64,000 nucleotides of DNA. It comes from a virus. Positions 61,786 to 64,000 of this stretch are shown in pieces (position 1 is the first letter of the stretch; every line of letters begins with the position of its first letter). Made by a program: the position numbers and the translations under genes. Below the pieces are notes generated by a model. That model searched no databases. It was not told the DNA's origin and saw only the letters and a list, made by a program, of their open reading frames with translations. The stretch is taken from the IMG/VR virus record IMGVR_UViG_3300042898_006838, positions 1 to 64,000 of that record. One strand, 5' to 3'.

Positions 61786-64000
61786 ATGTACCAGCACGCC
61801 GAACGCACCTTCTCCGACGTCAAGCGAAACCTGGAGACCTACGTCCGGGGTCTGTTCCCCATCGAGGGCAAGAAGCGGACGCTGGTGCTCCGTGACCTGG
61901 AGATCAGGGACAACGCCGACCCAGGTGACTACGCCAGTCAGCGTCAGGCGCGCATGGCCGGCGAGAGCTGGAGCATCCCAGTCATCGCCGTCATGGAGCT
62001 GTTGGAAGGTGGCAAGGTCATCGACCGGGCGAAGATGAAGATCATCGACCTGCCGCGGCTGACCAACCGCGGTAGCTACATCGTCAACGGCACGGAGTTC
62101 ATGTTCCCGACGCAGAAGCGCCTGCGATCAGGACCCTACGTGCGCCTGGGCGAGAACGAGGAGCTGCGCACGTTCTTCAACGTCGCCAAGGGCCGCAGCT
62201 TCCACCTGGGTCTTCACCCGACCAAGGGCCACTTCCAGTTCCAGATCGAGAGTAGCAAAAACATCCCCCTGTACCCGCTGCTGCAGGTCCTGGGCGTCAG
62301 CGACGACGATATGGTCAGGGCCTGGGGCCGAGAGGTCTGGAAGGCCAACGTCGTCACCGACCCTGGTCAGCGAACCAAGGCGCTGCAGACCATCTACGAG
62401 AAGATGTCGTACGCACGAGATGATGTACCGGCTCCCACCGTCGAGCAGCTGCCTGATGCCATCAAGGCCATATTCTCAGCCACGGTTATCGACGGCGAGA
62501 ACACCGAGCTGACCATCGGTGAGCGTCACGACACAGTCAGTGGCCGGGCGGTGATGTTGGCGGCGGCGAAGATGTTGGGCGTGGCCCGAGGCGAGCGCGA
62601 GGAAGATAACCGCGACAGCCTCATCCACAACGACATCGTGGATCTTGGCGACTTCATCGTCGAACGCTTCCGAGACCCGCAGTTCCGAGGCCGCATCGTC
62701 AGGGCCGTGAAGTTCAACGTCGACCGTCGCGACAAGGTCAGCCAGATCATCAGCCGCGACAGCTTTCAGCGCCCGGTCGACAGCATGCTCACTGAGAGCC
62801 AACTGGCTCAGACCCCGAACCAGAACAATCCGCTGGGTATGATCAGCGACTACACACAGCTCACGGTCCGGGGCGAGGGTGGCATCCAGAACGACAACGC
62901 CCTGACACGCAGTGTCCGGGCCCTGGATCCCAGCCACCTGGGATTCATCGACCCCAGCCACACGCCCGAGGGCCAGGGCGTGGGCACGACCCTGCACCTG
63001 ACGACGAACACGGAGAAGCGTGGTCGCGACCTCGTGGCCCGTGTCATCGACGTCAAGACCGGCAAGGCCGTGGACCTCACTCCGGTACAGATCTTCAAGG
63101 CCACAGTCGCCTTCCCCGAGTCCTGGGACGGGAAGAAGCTCACGGGCCCGAAGGTCAAGGTCAGCCGACGCGGCGAGATCTCGAACGTGCCGGTGTCCGA
63201 GGCCCAGTACGTGTTCTCGAAGCCAGAGCACCTGATCGACGTCAACAGCGCCAGCATCCCCTTCCTCAGCCACAACAACGGCACGCGCGTGATGACGGCC
63301 AGCAAAATGGGCGCCCAGGCCAAGCCGCTGGAGACGCCGGAAGCGCCGTTGGTGCAGGTGGACAGCGGCGAGGGCACGACCGTCGAGGCCGTGGTCGGAG
63401 CCGCATTCTCACCGAAGTCTCCGGTCACCGGTATCGTGGAGAAGGTAGAGGAAGACGCGGTCATCATCTCCGGTCAGCGCGTGTCCATTCCCCGCCACTT
63501 CCCGTTGAACAGCAACAACTTCCTGCACGCACAGCCGACGGTGAAGGTCGGTGACAAGGTCTCCAAGGGCCAGGTCATCGCCGACACCAACTACACGGAC
63601 AAGGGCGTCATGGCCCTGGGGAAGAATCTGCTCGTGGCTTACACGCCCTACAAGGGCATGAACGTCGAAGACGGTGTGGTCATCAGCGAGACCGGCGCCA
63701 AGAAGATGACCAGCGAGCACATGTACCAGCAGCCGTACATGTTTGACGTCGACACGGTCATGGACCTGAAGAAGTTCCAGGCCTACTTCCCGGCCAAGAT
63801 CAAGAGTGCAGATGCCGAGAAACTCGACAGTCAGGGCGTGATCAAGAAGGGCCAGGTCGTCGGCCCCGGGTCCATCCTCGTCGCGGCCATGCGCAGGCAC
63901 GCGCCGACCACTGAGAGCCAGCGCCTGGCCGCTGTCAGCCGCATCCTGGCCAAAGAGTTCCGTGACGACAGCCTACGCTGGGAGAAGGACGTCACGGGCG
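61786..64000 (+). CDS. rpoB: DNA-directed RNA polymerase beta subunit, divergent phage-encoded homologue (partial, runs off window end)
   Basis: Not in ORF track. Manual translation shows RpoB motifs in order: DLPRLTNRGSYIVNGTE, SQLAQTPNQNNPLG, DPSHLGFIDPSHTPEGQGVG, SASIPFLSHNNGTRVMTASKM, MALGKNLLVAYTPYKGMNVEDGVVISE, RDDSLR. Confidence 0.92.
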   Translation, partial: MYQHAERTFSDVKRNLETYVRGLFPIEGKKRTLVLRDLEIRDNADPGDYASQRQARMAGESWSIPVIAVMELLEGGKVIDRAKMKIIDLPRLTNRGSYIVNGTEFMFPTQKRLRSGPYVRLGENEELRTFFNVAKGRSFHLGLHPTKGHFQFQIESSKNIPLYPLLQVLGVSDDDMVRAWGREVWKANVVTDPGQRTKALQTIYEKMSYARDDVPAPTVEQLPDAIKAIFSATVIDGENTELTIGERHDTVSGRAVMLAAAKMLGVARGEREEDNRDSLIHNDIVDLGDFIVERFRDPQFRGRIVRAVKFNVDRRDKVSQIISRDSFQRPVDSMLTESQLAQTPNQNNPLGMISDYTQLTVRGEGGIQNDNALTRSVRALDPSHLGFIDPSHTPEGQGVGTTLHLTTNTEKRGRDLVARVIDVKTGKAVDLTPVQIFKATVAFPESWDGKKLTGPKVKVSRRGEISNVPVSEAQYVFSKPEHLIDVNSASIPFLSHNNGTRVMTASKMGAQAKPLETPEAPLVQVDSGEGTTVEAVVGAAFSPKSPVTGIVEKVEEDAVIISGQRVSIPRHFPLNSNNFLHAQPTVKVGDKVSKGQVIADTNYTDKGVMALGKNLLVAYTPYKGMNVEDGVVISETGAKKMTSEHMYQQPYMFDVDTVMDLKKFQAYFPAKIKSADAEKLDSQGVIKKGQVVGPGSILVAAMRRHAPTTESQRLAAVSRILAKEFRDDSLRWEKDVTG

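Noticed and set aside
56947-63900. Minus-strand ORFs over the portal, 443-aa gene and rpoB (e.g. 56947-57801, 59037-60191, 62476-63273)
   Set aside because: Shadows of clearly recognisable plus-strand genes.
61786-64000. Host chromosomal rpoB at a prophage boundary
   Set aside because: No rplL/rplJ upstream, no integrase or att site seen, and too many substitutions in normally invariant motifs.
1-64000. CRISPR array, tRNA/rRNA, transposase, intron/intein, diversity-generating retroelement
   Set aside because: No spaced identical repeats, RNA gene signatures, reverse transcriptase or homing/transposase motifs were seen by eye; the visible repeats are in-frame coding repeats.
1-64000. Stop-codon reassignment as found in some large phages
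   Set aside because: Genes tile densely in the standard code and TGA, TAA and TAG all end genes at sensible boundaries.

Overview
This GC-rich window comes from a large tailed phage genome with a contractile (myovirus-type) tail. The minus strand (1-52189) is a long morphogenesis block. It opens with a tail assembly chaperone pair joined by a GGGAAAC -1 frameshift and a tape measure protein. Ig-like, LamG and Asp-box virion proteins follow, then a baseplate hub with an M23 peptidase, a sigma-70-family factor embedded among baseplate genes, gp25-like and baseplate J-like wedge proteins, and many fibre/tailspike genes. The block ends with small genes (DUF1360-like, holin-like, MshEN-like). A minus-strand cluster of small DNA-binding genes (HU/IHF-like, AbrB-like, winged-helix-like) lies at 52256-54664. 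The plus strand carries putative head genes, including a portal with a Zn-ribbon insertion, and a divergent cellular-type RNA polymerase beta subunit (61786 to past the window end; absent from the ORF track). Most notable: (1) a self-contained transcription kit of RpoB homologue, sigma factor and a repeated CGTGAAAA-N17/18-ATAAC promoter-like motif; (2) an MshEN (c-di-GMP-binding fold) protein translationally coupled to a holin-like gene; (3) K-x-A motif enrichment in putative head proteins, a candidate new maturation-protease signature; (4) a 28-aa polyproline leader ORF. All calls come from motif recognition by eye and gene context; no searches were run.
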